NCBI RefSeq assembly: GCF_009834535.1
Contig: NC_045697.1
Span: 63,862,001 to 63,926,000 of the forward strand
Source: Camelus ferus
Lineage: Eukaryota
DNA: 64,000 bases
Reading direction: 5' to 3'
Both the position numbers and the translations under genes were made by a program. Shown piece after piece: positions 38,690-51,570 of the stretch. The notes beneath the pieces are model-generated. The model was not told the DNA's origin and ran no database searches. It saw only the letters and a list, made by a program, of their open reading frames with translations. Numbering within the stretch: position 1 is the stretch's first letter; each line of letters begins with the position of its first letter.

Positions 38690-39790
38690 AAAATTACTAG
38701 AATAGCTAGAAAATCACAATACAGTGTTGAATAGAAGTAGCACAGGCATTTGTTTCTCATTCCTGGAGTGCATTTAAAATGTCGTCATCAGGTATGATAT
38801 TTGCTGTATTACTTAGTTTTATGAGATAAATATATTGGGTTTTTTATCTTCGATATATAAATGTACTTAATTATAGTAATAGATTTTCTAATTTTGAAAC
38901 ATTCTGTCACTCTTGGAATAAACACAAGATATTAGGTATTTTCTTAATATATGACTGAATTTGGTTTGCTAATATTTTCTTTAGGATTTTGATATCTGTG
39001 TTCTCTGAGTAAGATTTGTTTTCTTGTTTTGTCTTTCTCTGGTGGGTTGAAAACATGGTTAGGCTCAATAGACAATATTGAGGTGATGTTTCCTCTTTCA
39101 AATTTCTGAAAGAACATGATTATTGGTATTATTCAATATTCGCAAGAACTCATCAATAAAAAAGTGGAATCCTGGTGTATTTGTGGGAGGTTTTTAATCT
39201 TTATTTTAAAAATGACATGTTTCTTTTTAAACATATTTAGAACCAAATGTATTTTTTTTTTCTTCATTGATTTTAGTAATCTTTATTTACCTAGGGATTT
39301 TCCAGTTCACCTAAACTTGAAATATTGTTGACATAAAATTATTCATAATATTTTTTATCTTTTTATTTCCTGTTACATTTATAGTCATGTCTTCCTTTTA
39401 ATTCCTAATGTTTATGTTTGGTTTCTTTTGTTGTTAATTTTTTCCCAAGGCTTGCTAATGTTATTAGTCATTTTGCTGTATTGCCCCTCTTTTATTTTTC
39501 CTCTCATTAATTTCTACTCTTAAGTGTATTCTTTTCTCTCTGCTGTGTAAATGCTTTTGCATCACTTCTAATTTAAATTTGTAACTTTTTAATTTTAGCC
39601 TTTACTTTTTTTAAATATAATCCTATTAATCTAAATATTTCCCTCTGAATACTGCATTTACTGCTTCCACAGGTTTAAAAAGCAGTATTTTCATTATCAT
39701 TCACAGCTAAGGATTTTATAATTTATAGGGTTATTATTTGTTTAAAAGTATATTTTATTTTTTGTTACTTACTTTTGTTGTTATTGATGA
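38690..39790 (-). mobile_element. Old L1 (L1M/ME-type) ORF2 remnant
   Basis: ORF 38907-39101 contains NTDIKILKKILANQIQSYIKKI, an L1 reverse-transcriptase motif. Confidence 0.85.
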
Positions 39791-40292
39791 TTAAGAGGTA
39801 GAAAACATAGGATTGAAATTACAAAGATTTACATAGGAGACAAAAATTTGATAACACTGAGAGGGCTGATACTTGAGGTCATAGAGTAGATACACTGATT
39901 ATTGTGGCAATTATGGAGTGAGGAAGGAGCCAAGAAATGACTCCAGAAGACCTGGAAATTTTCTATTTGTCTATTTTTTTTCAATTCGCAGAAAACTCTC
40001 TTTTTATTCCTCCAAAGTATTAAAATAACCCTTTAGGTAAGCTAGGAGAGAGAGAGTTTGTCTTCCCTTGGGGAAATCACATACAGTTTGCTACAAAGGC
40101 TAATTTAATTCTCGGAAAACCAAAATAGAAAGTCATTGTTACCTTTTCAGTTTTCCAGTCTAAAATATCACTCTTGCAGTGGGATCAGGGAGTCATTTGC
40201 TCTGGGGAGGTGTCTGCCTCAGCTTTTAGCAACTGTACTTTCTGCTAGTAGCATGTTGTCCATTAAGTACAGATTTCACTTGCCACTTACCT

Positions 40293-40392
40293 GATTAGAA
40301 TGTTAGAAACAGAAGGGATCTTTGAAGTCACCCAATCCAACCCCCTTATTTTACATTGGAGGAAAATGACACCCAGGGGAATTGAGTGAATT
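40293..40392 (-). mobile_element. MIR3-like fragment
   Basis: agaagggatctttgaagtcacccaatccaacccccttattttaca...gaggaaaatga. Confidence 0.6.
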
Positions 40393-41139
40393 AATTTTTC
40401 ATGGCTCTTTCTTCCTTAGTCCTATTTTCCTCCATTGTTACATCTTACTGGAGACACTTCAGTTTTGTTTTTTGATTTTGTGTTTGTTTTTGTGTTGTTC
40501 TTTGAATTGCAAATCTGATAATCTGACTGTAATTCTAGACGCACTCTCAACACATTTAAGAAAAACATAAGGTGCTTCTAAGGGGCCTGCGAAGTCTTGC
40601 CTTCTGTCTTCTAGCCTCATCTTCTTTCAGGCTTCTCCTGGCTCTCTGCTGTCACAGTGAACTTTTCTTCCTGATGCTTCTCTGTCTCCTGTTGCTGCAG
40701 GGCACTGGGGCTTAGCCTTGTTTCCTTCCCTTTACTTAGTTAATTCTAATTTGTTTTTCAGATCTCTGTCCTTTGGCAGTTCCTTAGAATATCTTCCTTT
40801 CCCTTCCTGTCAACTAACCTTTATAAATTTGTATAAAATAAAGAAACAGACTCTCCACAGGTCTTATTTATTTTAATTTGGATGTTTATTTTCACCTTAA
40901 AAAATGTGAGTATTTGATAAAAAGAGACCCCCACCCCCAGGCTATAAGCTCCATCAGCACTGCACTTAATACAACATCTACCACATGATATTTGTTCACT
41001 AAGAAGTATTGTTAGCCTAGACTTGAAACCCAGCTACAAGTCCTGCATTTTTCAATTGTATCTGTCTGTATCATCAGCAGAAACTCTTTGCAGTTTATTT
41101 CTAACATGAAGTTGTTTTCATCTCTATAAAAATTAGGCT

Positions 41140-41204
41140 TGTACACACTGGAATTTGACAAAACATTGTAAAATGACTATTACTCAATAAAAAAAAATGT
41201 TAAA
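41140..41204 (+). mobile_element. Very short young L1 3' tail with perfect 12-bp TSD
   Basis: TSD aaaaattaggct at 41128-41139 and 41205-41216; insert resembles the end of the 11387 element. Confidence 0.9.
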
Positions 41205-41327
41205 AAAAATTAGGCTCGTATGTATAAAGCCTTAATGAGTTTGCTACACACTGAAGTCAGCAAAAGTGAATAATAATAAGACATTAGATACTCATTAAAT
41301 TATTGAAGTCTTGCTAATTTCTGAAAG

Positions 41328-41410
41328 TGTGCTATGCTGGTTTATTTGACATGGTTTTCTTTGTGTTGAAACCAGTTAGAGAGGTCATTAAAAACTAATT
41401 TAAATTTATG
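41328..41410 (+). pseudogene. Candidate exon remnant in AAA1 (…LFDMVFFVLKPVREVIKN*FKFM)
   Basis: ctgaaag| ... atg|gttagt; ends in phase 0, matching 41662; protein match weak. Confidence 0.35.
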
Positions 41411-41661
41411 GTTAGTCTTATTTTCTGATTCATGTCATTATTTTAAAAATAATATCATTATTTATAGCATAATTGAAAAATTCTTAAAGTCACACTTTCT
41501 TTGCTAATCAAAATATAATATTCTTTCTTTTTTTAATCTGGAAAGCATTGCTTACATTGATAGTATTATCATCATCATTATCTACATTACTGAGTGCTTA
41601 TATATAAACCCTGTGCTACATTTATAAATTATAATACTAGATAGTTGTAAGCACTTTCCAG

Positions 41662-42727
41662 TTAGCATAAAAAAGATTCTCAGTGATCTCAAGGAATGTA
41701 TAATTAAAAGAGACATACGTCAAAGTAGATGTAAATAATAAACTAAGTCATTTAGGAAAAGAATGGGTGTAAGAATAAATACACCAGAATAATGGAAAAT
41801 CTGCCACTGCCATCTAGCATCTGTGTCCTTCTCTAAGTGTCCTAGTTTCTGGTTCCTTTTGTTTTTCATGTTTGAAAACCACTCAATAGATGCATATAAT
41901 AGATTTCATATGTTCTGGTTAAAAAAAACAGGAACACTTTGCCTCAGTTGTGACACTTTATTATAATGCTACAGAAAGCAGTAGGCAAGACCACATGAGG
42001 GTATTAGCAGTTACAGCATCCATCAGGACCAGTAGTAGCTCTAATTGGCCAACTACAGAAGGTGGAACATTGGGAGCTCTTTATGTTGTTAATTCAGTTA
42101 CAGTCATACCGTCTACTGTCCTGCTGCTAAATAACTGCCTGGAATCTGAACTCACTTTTTACATAATAAAGTCTTGGTATTTTCCACACAAAGTCTTAAA
42201 TAAAGCTTTATTTATTGGGGGAGATACTCTGTTCCATTAAAAATGGCAATATAATTCACATTATTCTGTAATATGTATAAAATCTTACAAAACTCAGTTT
42301 TCCACATTAAAACTTCAGTTCCAAAACTACTTGAGAGGAACAAACAACTCTCACGGAAAAGTTGTTAGATTTTTGTGCTTGTTCTTGTGTTAGATTTTTA
42401 TGCTTATGAACATCTAAACATCCATTCTTGTCACAAAGGCAGTCTTCACCAAACATCTGCAGAAACATTTGGAATGCTATTGTTATGAAAGGAATTGTCC
42501 AAGTGTGCATGCTTTTATAACATACCATTATGGTTGGATTGATAGTCTTGAAAAAAAGAATTCTGAATACAGTATAATGCACTGTCTTAATCATCTGTCA
42601 CTGTATATTAGATGAAATGACTTGTTTGTCATAGAATTCTTCAGAATGGCAATGTGAGTTGTCTTCTAGAGTTGCAAGTGTTATGTCACCTGAAAAATTA
42701 TTCACTGCAGTCTACTTATTTGCTGAG
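41662..42727 (+). pseudogene. Large exon remnant covering AAA1 C-terminal half and AAA2
   Basis: cactttccag| ... gag|gtaagc. Ordered motifs RFSVISRNV*LKET, PE*WK...LA, CSG*KKQEHF, L*HFIIMLQKA, ELFMLL, KALFIGGD, AVFTKHLQK, WIDSL...N...L....N.....E, SP...YLFAE. One frame from 41923 to 42612 has only 3 stops in 230 codons. Confidence 0.85.
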
Positions 42728-45607
42728 GTAAGCATTGTAAACTTTAGCAAGGACTCTAGCTGTCTATAAATCATTCTTTGCTTTTTACTCTTAATTCACG
42801 TTACCCATAATGTTCATTTGTTGTCTCCCACTCCCTCCATTTTATGGCTAAAACACAATGCTGATTTTTATTTTAAGTGTATTGTCTCATTATGTTGTAC
42901 CTCCTACTTCCTCAGATTATGGCTTTAAGTTCTGAAAATGGAATAAGGTAGAGCACCTCTTGTGAGTTCAAATAAACCACCACAGACTTTATTTAATTAT
43001 GGTGTGACCATGTAAATCAATAAGTAATGTAATCTTTTCCATAATTAAAAATAATACAATCTATATTTGTATACTACTGTTAGAGAAATTTATAGTGTAA
43101 AAAGACCAATTAAATACAGGTTTTAGGAGCAGAGATCTCATATTTTCAGTAAAAAGGGTGTGAATAATAAAAGAGGAAGGCAGAATTAACTATTTTCTGA
43201 TGGACCTAGAATTGAGTGATTCCATTAAAACAGATTTAATAAATGGCAGTCTTTCTGTTTTTCAAATATTTATGGAAGCAAAACAATCACCGCAAAATTA
43301 TTAATATGTTTTGAAAAATGAGCATGACCTAATCATTGCACTAAATTTTACAGTTATCACTGAGTTAAATCAAACAACTTAGAAACTTAAGAATTAGAGT
43401 AAAAGAACATTCAGTGTGAGTTTTAAAGAGTCAAATGTTTACATAAGTTAAGTAATAAATAATTTGAGAAAATTGAGTAATCATTCTATAAGATTATTGA
43501 GAACATTCATTCTGCATAGTTAATGCCAAAATCCTGGGCCTGCTTTGTTAGACAGCAAGTCTGTTTTACCCCACTGTTTATTCCCTCTCTAGCCAGATCA
43601 CAGTTGCTCATACCATCTCAACCCAGTGTTTTGTTTGGCATCACACAGTTTCTCAGTTTTGCATGCTTCCTAGGGTGGGTGTGTCTGGACTTGCATGTAT
43701 TTATCCATAAGGTTTTGCCTACATGTGTTTCCTGATTCACTAAAAATTAAATTAAAATATTCAATAAATATCTACTATGTGCAGTGGACTGTATATTTTG
43801 CAGTGTTGGTTGGGGAGACATGAGGAAGGCAGTGGCTGCCATCTAAAATCTAAAGAGGCAAATAAAAGAGAAACAGACACACACAGAAACACAAAACCTA
43901 CAAAACAAGGTGGAAGAAAACACTTTTTACTAATGAAACGTAAATATACAGGCATTGTTTGTATATATGTGGACATTTTTGCAGTGTGTTGTTTTTGTGC
44001 ATCCATTTCTACCTTTAAATAAGTACATGTTCAAGTGTATTCTCATGTGTGTATAATATTTATTCTCCCAGTTCCAGCTGTATGCCTATGTGTGTTGGTT
44101 TCTCCTTATTGAAATCACATCTGCTATGTGCTTCCTATATCTGTAAAGCTCACTTAGTGAGAAAGATATATTTATCTAGGTAGATAAAAACTAGGATGAG
44201 CTGAGATGTAAAAGAGTGTAAAATCAAAAATTACTCAGTGTTTGTAGTCTTGAATCTACCCTGAGGGTCTTCTTACTGAGATGAAGTAAGGTTGATAAGT
44301 GTATCTTTTCTTAATTAAAAGACTGATGTTGTTCTACATAAAACTATTATCTATTCTTTGTATGAGAATAGGCATTTCTGAGTTGGGGTTTTGAAGCCTG
44401 GAGCCTCCATTTCTAATAGACTAAATGTTCTAAGCCAATGAGGAACCGGTCCCTGGAGTAAGAAAGGGAAAAATAAGATAAAGCAAAAGAGGAGTCACAG
44501 GGAGAAACTGAGCCCAAATTGCATTCTGTTTTCCCACACCACTTCCATGTGAACTTCCCACCCTGTCACAGGGTAAGCATCTGGCAAATGGCAGCCTCCT
44601 ACACCTGGCGTCTCCACCCTAGTCCCACCCTCCATTCCGTGGGGCCTTACTGGTCAAGGGGAGAATAAATTAGGAAGATTGCTCTGAAAGGGAGGAGACA
44701 GGGCCAAAAAGACTGTGTGGGGCATCCTTACTGAGCATTTTCCCAGTGACAGGGGTGAGACAATCATCATTCCACTCATTCAGTTTGGGGTAATAAATAA
44801 GGCAGGGTTGGATAAAGGGACATTTCTCTCATGGAAAATGGAGCAGAAGTCCTTTCTCTTTTCTAGGCATAGGAGAGGTTTTATAATAATTATCTACAAC
44901 ATGAGAATGAAGAGAGCAAAAATGAGAACTTCTGTGTTTATGCCGGTAGAAAGTCAGGAAATTTTCAGATGAGGAAAGTAAGCCATGGGGCCGTGGGGCT
45001 GAGTGTGATTGTGGATGATGGTGGCAACTTGAGTAGGATCACGAAGAAACGAGGGCATAAATATGCTTAAATCATGTTGACTGGGAGTTGATTCAGAGTT
45101 CAAAGAGACAAGAAAAATTGCCTATGATGAACCCTCACTGTCAATGATGAAGAGTCATTTGAGTTGTGTAGACATTTCCATTTCCACAACATGTCAGACG
45201 TTAAAAAAAAAAAAAATCACAAAATAATTTTCCAGCCGTGTTTTACTTCCCATTTGCTATGCTCTCATTTTTTTTCCCTACTTCTCTTGTTCATAGCTTT
45301 GGTTGCAAATTGAAGAGAGCCAGCTGAGCAGAGCTGAACTTCCATATAACATAACTAAGAACGAATGAGGAGGGTGTGTGTACATAGTAAGAGGAAAGCA
45401 GATTTGAAATTCAGTTATAATCATATTTGTGTCTATATGCATTTGTTATCTCTTGTGGATAAGATAATCTATTTCATCAAGCTACATTTCAATACATAAG
45501 CTCAGTGTAGTCATATGCATGAGGTTTCTATGCACTTTCTTTATAAAACATTTACCTTACTTTGATTAGAAATATGTTTGGAAATTAAAATCCATCTTTA
45601 TTGACAG

Positions 45608-45647
45608 AATTTTTGGAGATGCAAGTATTTAATATCCTATAAAGCTG
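45608..45647 (+). pseudogene. Candidate exon remnant NFWRCKYLISYKA
   Basis: catctttattgacag|, phase 0 after 42727; loosely like axonemal LGW.PY..SW; donor uncertain. Confidence 0.35.
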
Positions 45648-46391
45648 GTCAATAAAGCCACTTATCTTTAATACTTAGTTATTACTGCACAGGAAAGAGC
45701 CTGGTACTCTATGCTATGTTCTTCCTTTAATACATTGCTGTAACTGGAGGCATAATGGATGCAAGGACCAACTTTGATAAATGTCCTTTATATACAGTGA
45801 ATATTCAGAAATTTCACTGTAGGAAATGTGGAAAAGACTAACTTTTCAGGCAAAATTACATGGAATAAAGTGTTTAATGCCTAAAGTGATAGATACCATT
45901 TATCTTTAAAATAGATTTTCAATAGTAGTTAAATAAAACCATTTACATTTTTCCTAATTAGAGGTTACTTTGACTTTTGAACTATGGCTTCTAAATGTTT
46001 ATTTTCATAAAAATATTTCTATATTAGTTCATATTGAGTTAAGATCTGCCTGTAGAATTAAACAATGTTAAACATGACTGAGCTCTAAATTTTTTACCTC
46101 AGAGAAAAATACTATTAATGGCTGGGAAATATAGTCCCTTGTGTTGACTTATTATTAAGTAATAAGTATGAATACATCCCCTTATCAAATACATGAATAT
46201 ATCTCCTTGTTAAAAATGTAAATAAATACAAAAGCATATAGAATAAACAAAACAGAGTCAGTTTTAGTATCTTTTCCATAGAGATTATTATACAATTACA
46301 TTGATGACCATATGATGATAGCACCTCCAAAGACAGAGATGTTAGTTTTTTCACCAAGTACTAGCTGTAGTAATGTCTGCTTCATTTTCAG

Positions 46392-46444
46392 GAAAAGTCA
46401 AGTTTAGATTACTGATGCTATTGTGATGATTTTAAGACAGGGAA
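46392..46444 (+). pseudogene. Exon remnant KSQV*ITDAIVMILRQG
   Basis: cttcattttcag| ... gaa|gttagt; weak match to recalled TSNGLVTKALEHA. Confidence 0.4.
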
Positions 46445-47922
46445 GTTAGTCTAGCTTTCTTGAAAATTTTGGACAAATACTTTTAAATGAATTCATTATG
46501 GACTAAATAGGTGATTGAATGATAGTGCTTATTTTTAATGCATGAATATCCACTGCAGTTTCCTGATTTGTCTCACACACATTGGCACCATCTAATATAC
46601 AAAATAAGTATATTTTTCTTCATTGTGTCAAGTCTTACCTTACTACCTTCTGATACTAAAGGCTGTATCTGATGGAATCAGCCCTGTCTAATTCCTTAAT
46701 CTAAATTGAAAATATATTTGAGGATATGGCCCTTTAAAAAGTGCATCTGAAAGTAGTCTGGTTCCTTCCATTTTGGTGTCTAGTCCTGTCCCATCTTGTG
46801 AAGTTTGGGCTGCGGCTTCTTCTAATCCTTAATGATTGTGGCTGGTTTGCCTGCTGGGCCTTTTGAACTCACCCTGTGCTTAGTTCCTACTCTGGGTGAT
46901 GTTTGAACCTGAATTTGGACTCAGCTTTGGCCAAGTGAGCTGGGATAAAACTCTCTTGCCCTGTTCTATGAGGCTTTCCTTCTCAATTGTGGTAGCTGTA
47001 ACAGATACTCTCAACAACTAGGGAAACTTTCTAGATATTCTCTGGGAGATGATTGGGGCTTTTTGTAAAGTTACCAGTGTATGAAGGTTTGATTTTTCTT
47101 TTAATTGAATTAGTCATGGTGGGAGAATTGGAACTTTCTAGACTGTATTTAAGTATTATTACTTTAAAAGTTTTAATTGCATAGGAAGGAGGGGTGTGTG
47201 ATAGTGGAGTTGGGGAAAGCAAAGCAGTATTTTCAGTATTTTAGGTCCAGTCTTGTAGGCACCTAACCATACCTAATACCTTTGTCCTTCTCTCCCAATA
47301 AAACTTCTTGAGGAGAGCTCTGTCAGAGTAAAGATTATTTAGCCACTTTGAACTTGAACCCTGGCTCCTCTCCATAGGTGGTAGTTCTATTATCCAGAGG
47401 AGCTTTGTGAATCTCCCCAGATTGTTTCTACATCTTCTTTCTCTCCAGCCTAGTCTTCCTTCACAGCCTTGCAGTCATGGCCGTGCTGCCTATCATGACT
47501 TACAGCAATTATTACAGAAGCTAAGTTGAGAATGCAGGAATTTTTATTAATGATAACCCTGCAAAATAGAAAAATATAAGGTGAATCCTCTGTGTGAGGC
47601 AAGCATTAGCTTCATAAGGAGAGTATAGAAATGTGCAATGAAAAAGAATTCTGTTTCAGGTTCTTTAAGACATATGGCAAAAGCCCAGAGAATTGTCCCT
47701 TGGGACATGACTTTAAGAGTTGAGGAAATAACTCTGTAATTCTGGAAGAATCAAAATTTGTGCCATCCTGTGGTATTTTTAAGAAATTAAGTGAGGGCAG
47801 TGAAGAAAATAGCATGACAAATGGATTACATAAATATGTTGACTGGGATATATTGTAATTCATAGATACAACTAAGAAGAAAGCACAGGCTTTTTAAATC
47901 TCTTAAAATGCTTTAAAATAAG

Positions 47923-47998
47923 ATATCAAAATACAACTATGCCAAATGATCTGAAATGCATGTAACATCTATATTTACATATAATGACCAGTTTGCAG
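47923..47998 (+). pseudogene. Exon remnant YQNTTMPNDLKCM*HLYLHIMTSLQ (AAA2 lid)
   Basis: Donor cag|gtaaga; LKCM*HLY vs recalled DYNC1H1 LRCLGSLF. Confidence 0.6.
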
Positions 47999-48824
47999 GT
48001 AAGAATTAGAACAAATTTTGCATTTTAGGTAATTTTTTTCCGTTTCCCTGATGAATCTTTTTCTTTATTATTGAAGTATAGTCAGTTACAATGTGTAATT
48101 TTAAAAACTGCACCTCACATGGATCCTGCTAATGTGGTTTTTCAGTATCTCTCTGATTAAATGTTAATAGTACATTCTCAAAAGTAAAGACCAGAAAACT
48201 GGAATCCATAAAAGTACCCTATGATGTCTACATGTTATATTGTAGTTTTCCCTTTAAGTATAGATTTTTATCTGTTCTAAAGAAAGCAAAACTTTTAAAA
48301 TACTACTTAGCAATCTTTTGAAAAACAGGCAGTTTGACCAAAAATACTACATATATTTGAAGACTACTGTTCATTTACTATTCAGTTTTTCTTCTACTTT
48401 CCCCATCATATCATATGATCAGTTTGAGAATTATCTTTTGTATTTGTTTGACTTTCGTACTCTATCAGTGCTTCACAGCTCAGGCAATAAAATAAATTTC
48501 TAGTGGGCTATACTTAGCAAGATTGTATCAATTAAAGGGACAATTAAAGCAAACAATCTTTTATAAGTTGATTTCTGAATAGTTGCATTTTCTCAACTTT
48601 ATGATACTTCTAAATATTTTATGAATAATACTACAGTGTTAATTCTCTAAATCCTAAAAGTAAATGTATAATATGTGCCCATGTTCAAAATCAGTGAAAA
48701 ATAACTGAAATCATGAGAAAAAATTAAAACTTATTTTTATTTCAATCTCTGTATTTTTTCTCCCAAAGATTCCAATTTTCTTATTTTATTTTAATATTGT
48801 ATTATTTTGATAATTTTAAAACCA

Positions 48825-49050
48825 GTGATTATTGAATGATTATTACGTGTCAGGTGATGTACCTCACGCTTTTTATTCCATATAGATCACATCCTTACAG
48901 AATCCTCACAACAGTGGTTCATGTGATTGTCTTCACTTTACAAATGAGGGAATTATATCTTAAACATTTAAGAAACTTGACAAAGTCATACAACCTATAA
49001 CTGTTAGAGCTAGAAGCTAAACCTAGGTACTGTCTCAGAGTTTGTGCTTT
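48825..49050 (-). mobile_element. MIR
   Basis: aatcctcacaac...cactttacaaatgagggaa...aagaaacttgacaaagtcataca. Confidence 0.7.
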
Positions 49051-49201
49051 ACCTACCAAACAATTTATTGTACCATAAGATACTATTTTTTTTAAGGACT
49101 CTAATTTATCAATTATTTCTGAAAGGATTGCATTAATTTGTTATTTACATTATGATGTAAGAGTTTTTTTTGATAAGTTTCTGTGTAATGAGATATTTTA
49201 G

Positions 49202-49240
49202 GTAGGTGACATTCTATGTGATGTCAGCATATCAAACATG
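49202..49240 (+). pseudogene. Micro-exon remnant VGDILCDVSISNM
   Basis: atattttag| ... atg|gtaagt; 39 nt, open, phase 0-0. Confidence 0.55.
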
Positions 49241-49330
49241 GTAAGTAAGCAATAACATTTTTCTACTTGTCTCCTATAAATAGCCTAACCTATAGAATTC
49301 TATCTCAGTGCTAAAATTATTTTGGTACAG

Positions 49331-49350
49331 GAGACTTCAAATTATATCAG
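49331..49350 (+). pseudogene. Micro-exon remnant ETSNYI(R)
   Basis: tttggtacag| ... cag|gtaagt; 20 nt. YI aligns with recalled ERYIQR; alternative acceptor at 49308. Confidence 0.5.
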
Positions 49351-49604
49351 GTAAGTACATTTTTGCTTTAAGAAGTCTTGATGTGCTGGGATGGAAAAAA
49401 AAAATGAAAGAAAAATTATCAAAAATGAATCCTAAATCAGTTTTTAGCACTTGCCAATTGTCAGACATTTAATGGCTATGTAACAAATATTACATTCAAT
49501 TAATGAACACATTAATTAATTAACTTAAAAGATTCCTTTGTAGAGCCTCTCTTTATTTTCAATCATTTACGAATCTTTGTTTTGAATCTTGCTTTTAGAA
49601 TTTT

Positions 49605-49900
49605 TTTTTGTTAAGTGAAAGAAAAGCCATCTCATAGTTGCTTAATCAGAGTGAATATTGGGAATAGGGCTGACTTCAGCTGGATTTAGAAATAAACAAA
49701 GATCTCAGTTTTTGGCATCTTTTTTACGTCTTGGCTCTGCATTTTGCTGTGTTTGACTGTCTCTGGTTCCTCATGGTAACAACATGGCAGCAGTAGCTGC
49801 ACACCCTGCATCCTCTCAAATTTCAGTCCAAAGGCAAATACCACATTCTTCCTTCCCAGAATCAATACCAGAAGACTCATGGTGTACTTTTGGTTCTGGA
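49605..49900 (-). mobile_element. MaLR LTR fragment (MLT1J/K-like)
   Basis: ttggctctgc...cctcatggtaacaacatggcagcagtagct. Confidence 0.5.
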
Positions 49901-51419
49901 GAGGCAAATATACTGTAGCCTTCAAGAAGAATGTGTGTAACTATATTAGTTTGGGGATTATAATTTTTAATTTTTAAAATTCCTGATTCTTTTTAGCATC
50001 AGGAAATTATGTATTCATGTGAAAGAGAAAAATTCGATCTTAAAAATGCATTAATTTGGTAAATCACCAAGTTAAACATACTATCTTCTACCATACTTTG
50101 ATAAAGCATCATAAAGAGTTATAACTTATTTTGGTGTCCTAATTTAATGAGGAGTGTGCAGTGTATGCATCTGTTTCATTGTTAGTTGTGCACTCCTTGT
50201 GATTCTGATTTTAAGTTACCTTTTTATTTCACACACAGGAATTTCTGTATCAGTTCACAGTGAGGACCAGAATATGCACTTATGGGGACTCAGTGAAACA
50301 GAACCCAGCCAGCTTGAATTTCTTTGAGTATTTCTGTCTGGCTTTCATAATGTACAATTAATATATAAAAAAAAAAAACCCATTTAGCTTTTATCAGTTA
50401 GTCAGGATCTGTTGGCCTAGTTTCAAAAGTTGGTCTCCTGGGCATAATGGACGTAATTGAAACTCCTGTTAAGTTTTTCCATTTTAATGAAAATATTAAA
50501 TGACTTGGGGAGCAGCATGGTGAATTTGCTGCCAAGATCTCAGAGGGCTAGGCTGTGATTTCGTTCTGCTTTCTTCTACTATTTTATTCTCAACATTTAT
50601 AGTTTATTAAAATGATTTCAGTCCTTTGACCCTGTTTTCAGATCATTGCTTTCTAGGGTGACTTGACTTTTTATCTTATTTTCATAATTTTCTCTTTGTA
50701 ATTGAAAGCTACAAAAAAGGAACAATAGAGAAGGGAAAATGGAAATATACTCATTAAGTCTGTGGTTTTGCTTTTCTGAACTACGGATGAATAAAGCAAT
50801 ATAGGTTGGTCTGCTTGGAACTTCAAAGAGCTTTGATTTAAAATTTTTTCTAATTATTTGTTTCAGAATATTACTAACTGCAATTAATTTTAAAAGTAGT
50901 TTTAATGTTTTCTGGTAGAGAAGAAATCAAATACAATTGAAAGTGCTCTTTAATATTTAGGGTGTGCATTTAGAATAAAATGTTAATTGCTGATTACATT
51001 TCTTTTACTTGGAAAAGTTAAAGCTTTTTACTTAGGCTGCTGGTATTGTATGTCTTTTTGACGTTATTTTCAATATTTTTGTGCCGTCTACATTAATTGC
51101 TTTCAAATATAAAAGTAGGAAAAGACACAGGATAAGAAATTAAATTAAATTTCAGCAGAAAGTAAGTTTTAATTCTGCATTTCCATACCAACATTCACCT
51201 GTTTCACTGCATAAAAGTGAGTTGGCTTAAAACCCAAATTATTAAAACACTTCATTAAGTAAATTTATCTAAAGATACAGTGGATGGATTTCTGGAGAGA
51301 GAAAACATTACGAACATTACTAGTTATTAATATATTCACTTTTGTCTTATTAATTAATAAATCCATCCACTGTTCATTGTACCCCTGAGATCAAATAGGT
51401 ACCATCCTAAGTGACCTCT

Positions 51420-51570
51420 GTACAACGTCTTATTTGATGTCCACAGTATCATCGCATGATCAATTACATTTTATAGATGAGGTACTAAGTCTTCCAATAA
51501 GTAGCTTGCCTAAGGTCACATAACCTTGGAGTCAGAATTCAAATTTATGATATGGAATCTAAAGCCTGCT
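51420..51570 (-). mobile_element. MIR
   Basis: cattttatagatgaggtactaag...taagtagcttgcctaaggtcaca. Confidence 0.7.

Noticed and set aside
42307..42594. 95-aa minus-strand ORF as a gene or viral insert
   Set aside because: It is the antisense shadow of the + strand AAA2 exon remnant, with no recognisable motif of its own.
43777..43860. WTVYF/QCWL as the exon following AAA2
   Set aside because: Needs a frameshift and has poor splice context; 45608 is the better candidate, though neither is firm.
44370..47520. GC-richer patches near 44370-44720 and 46730-47520 as possible ancient LTRs or regulatory elements
   Set aside because: Could not assign a family or termini by eye; left unannotated.
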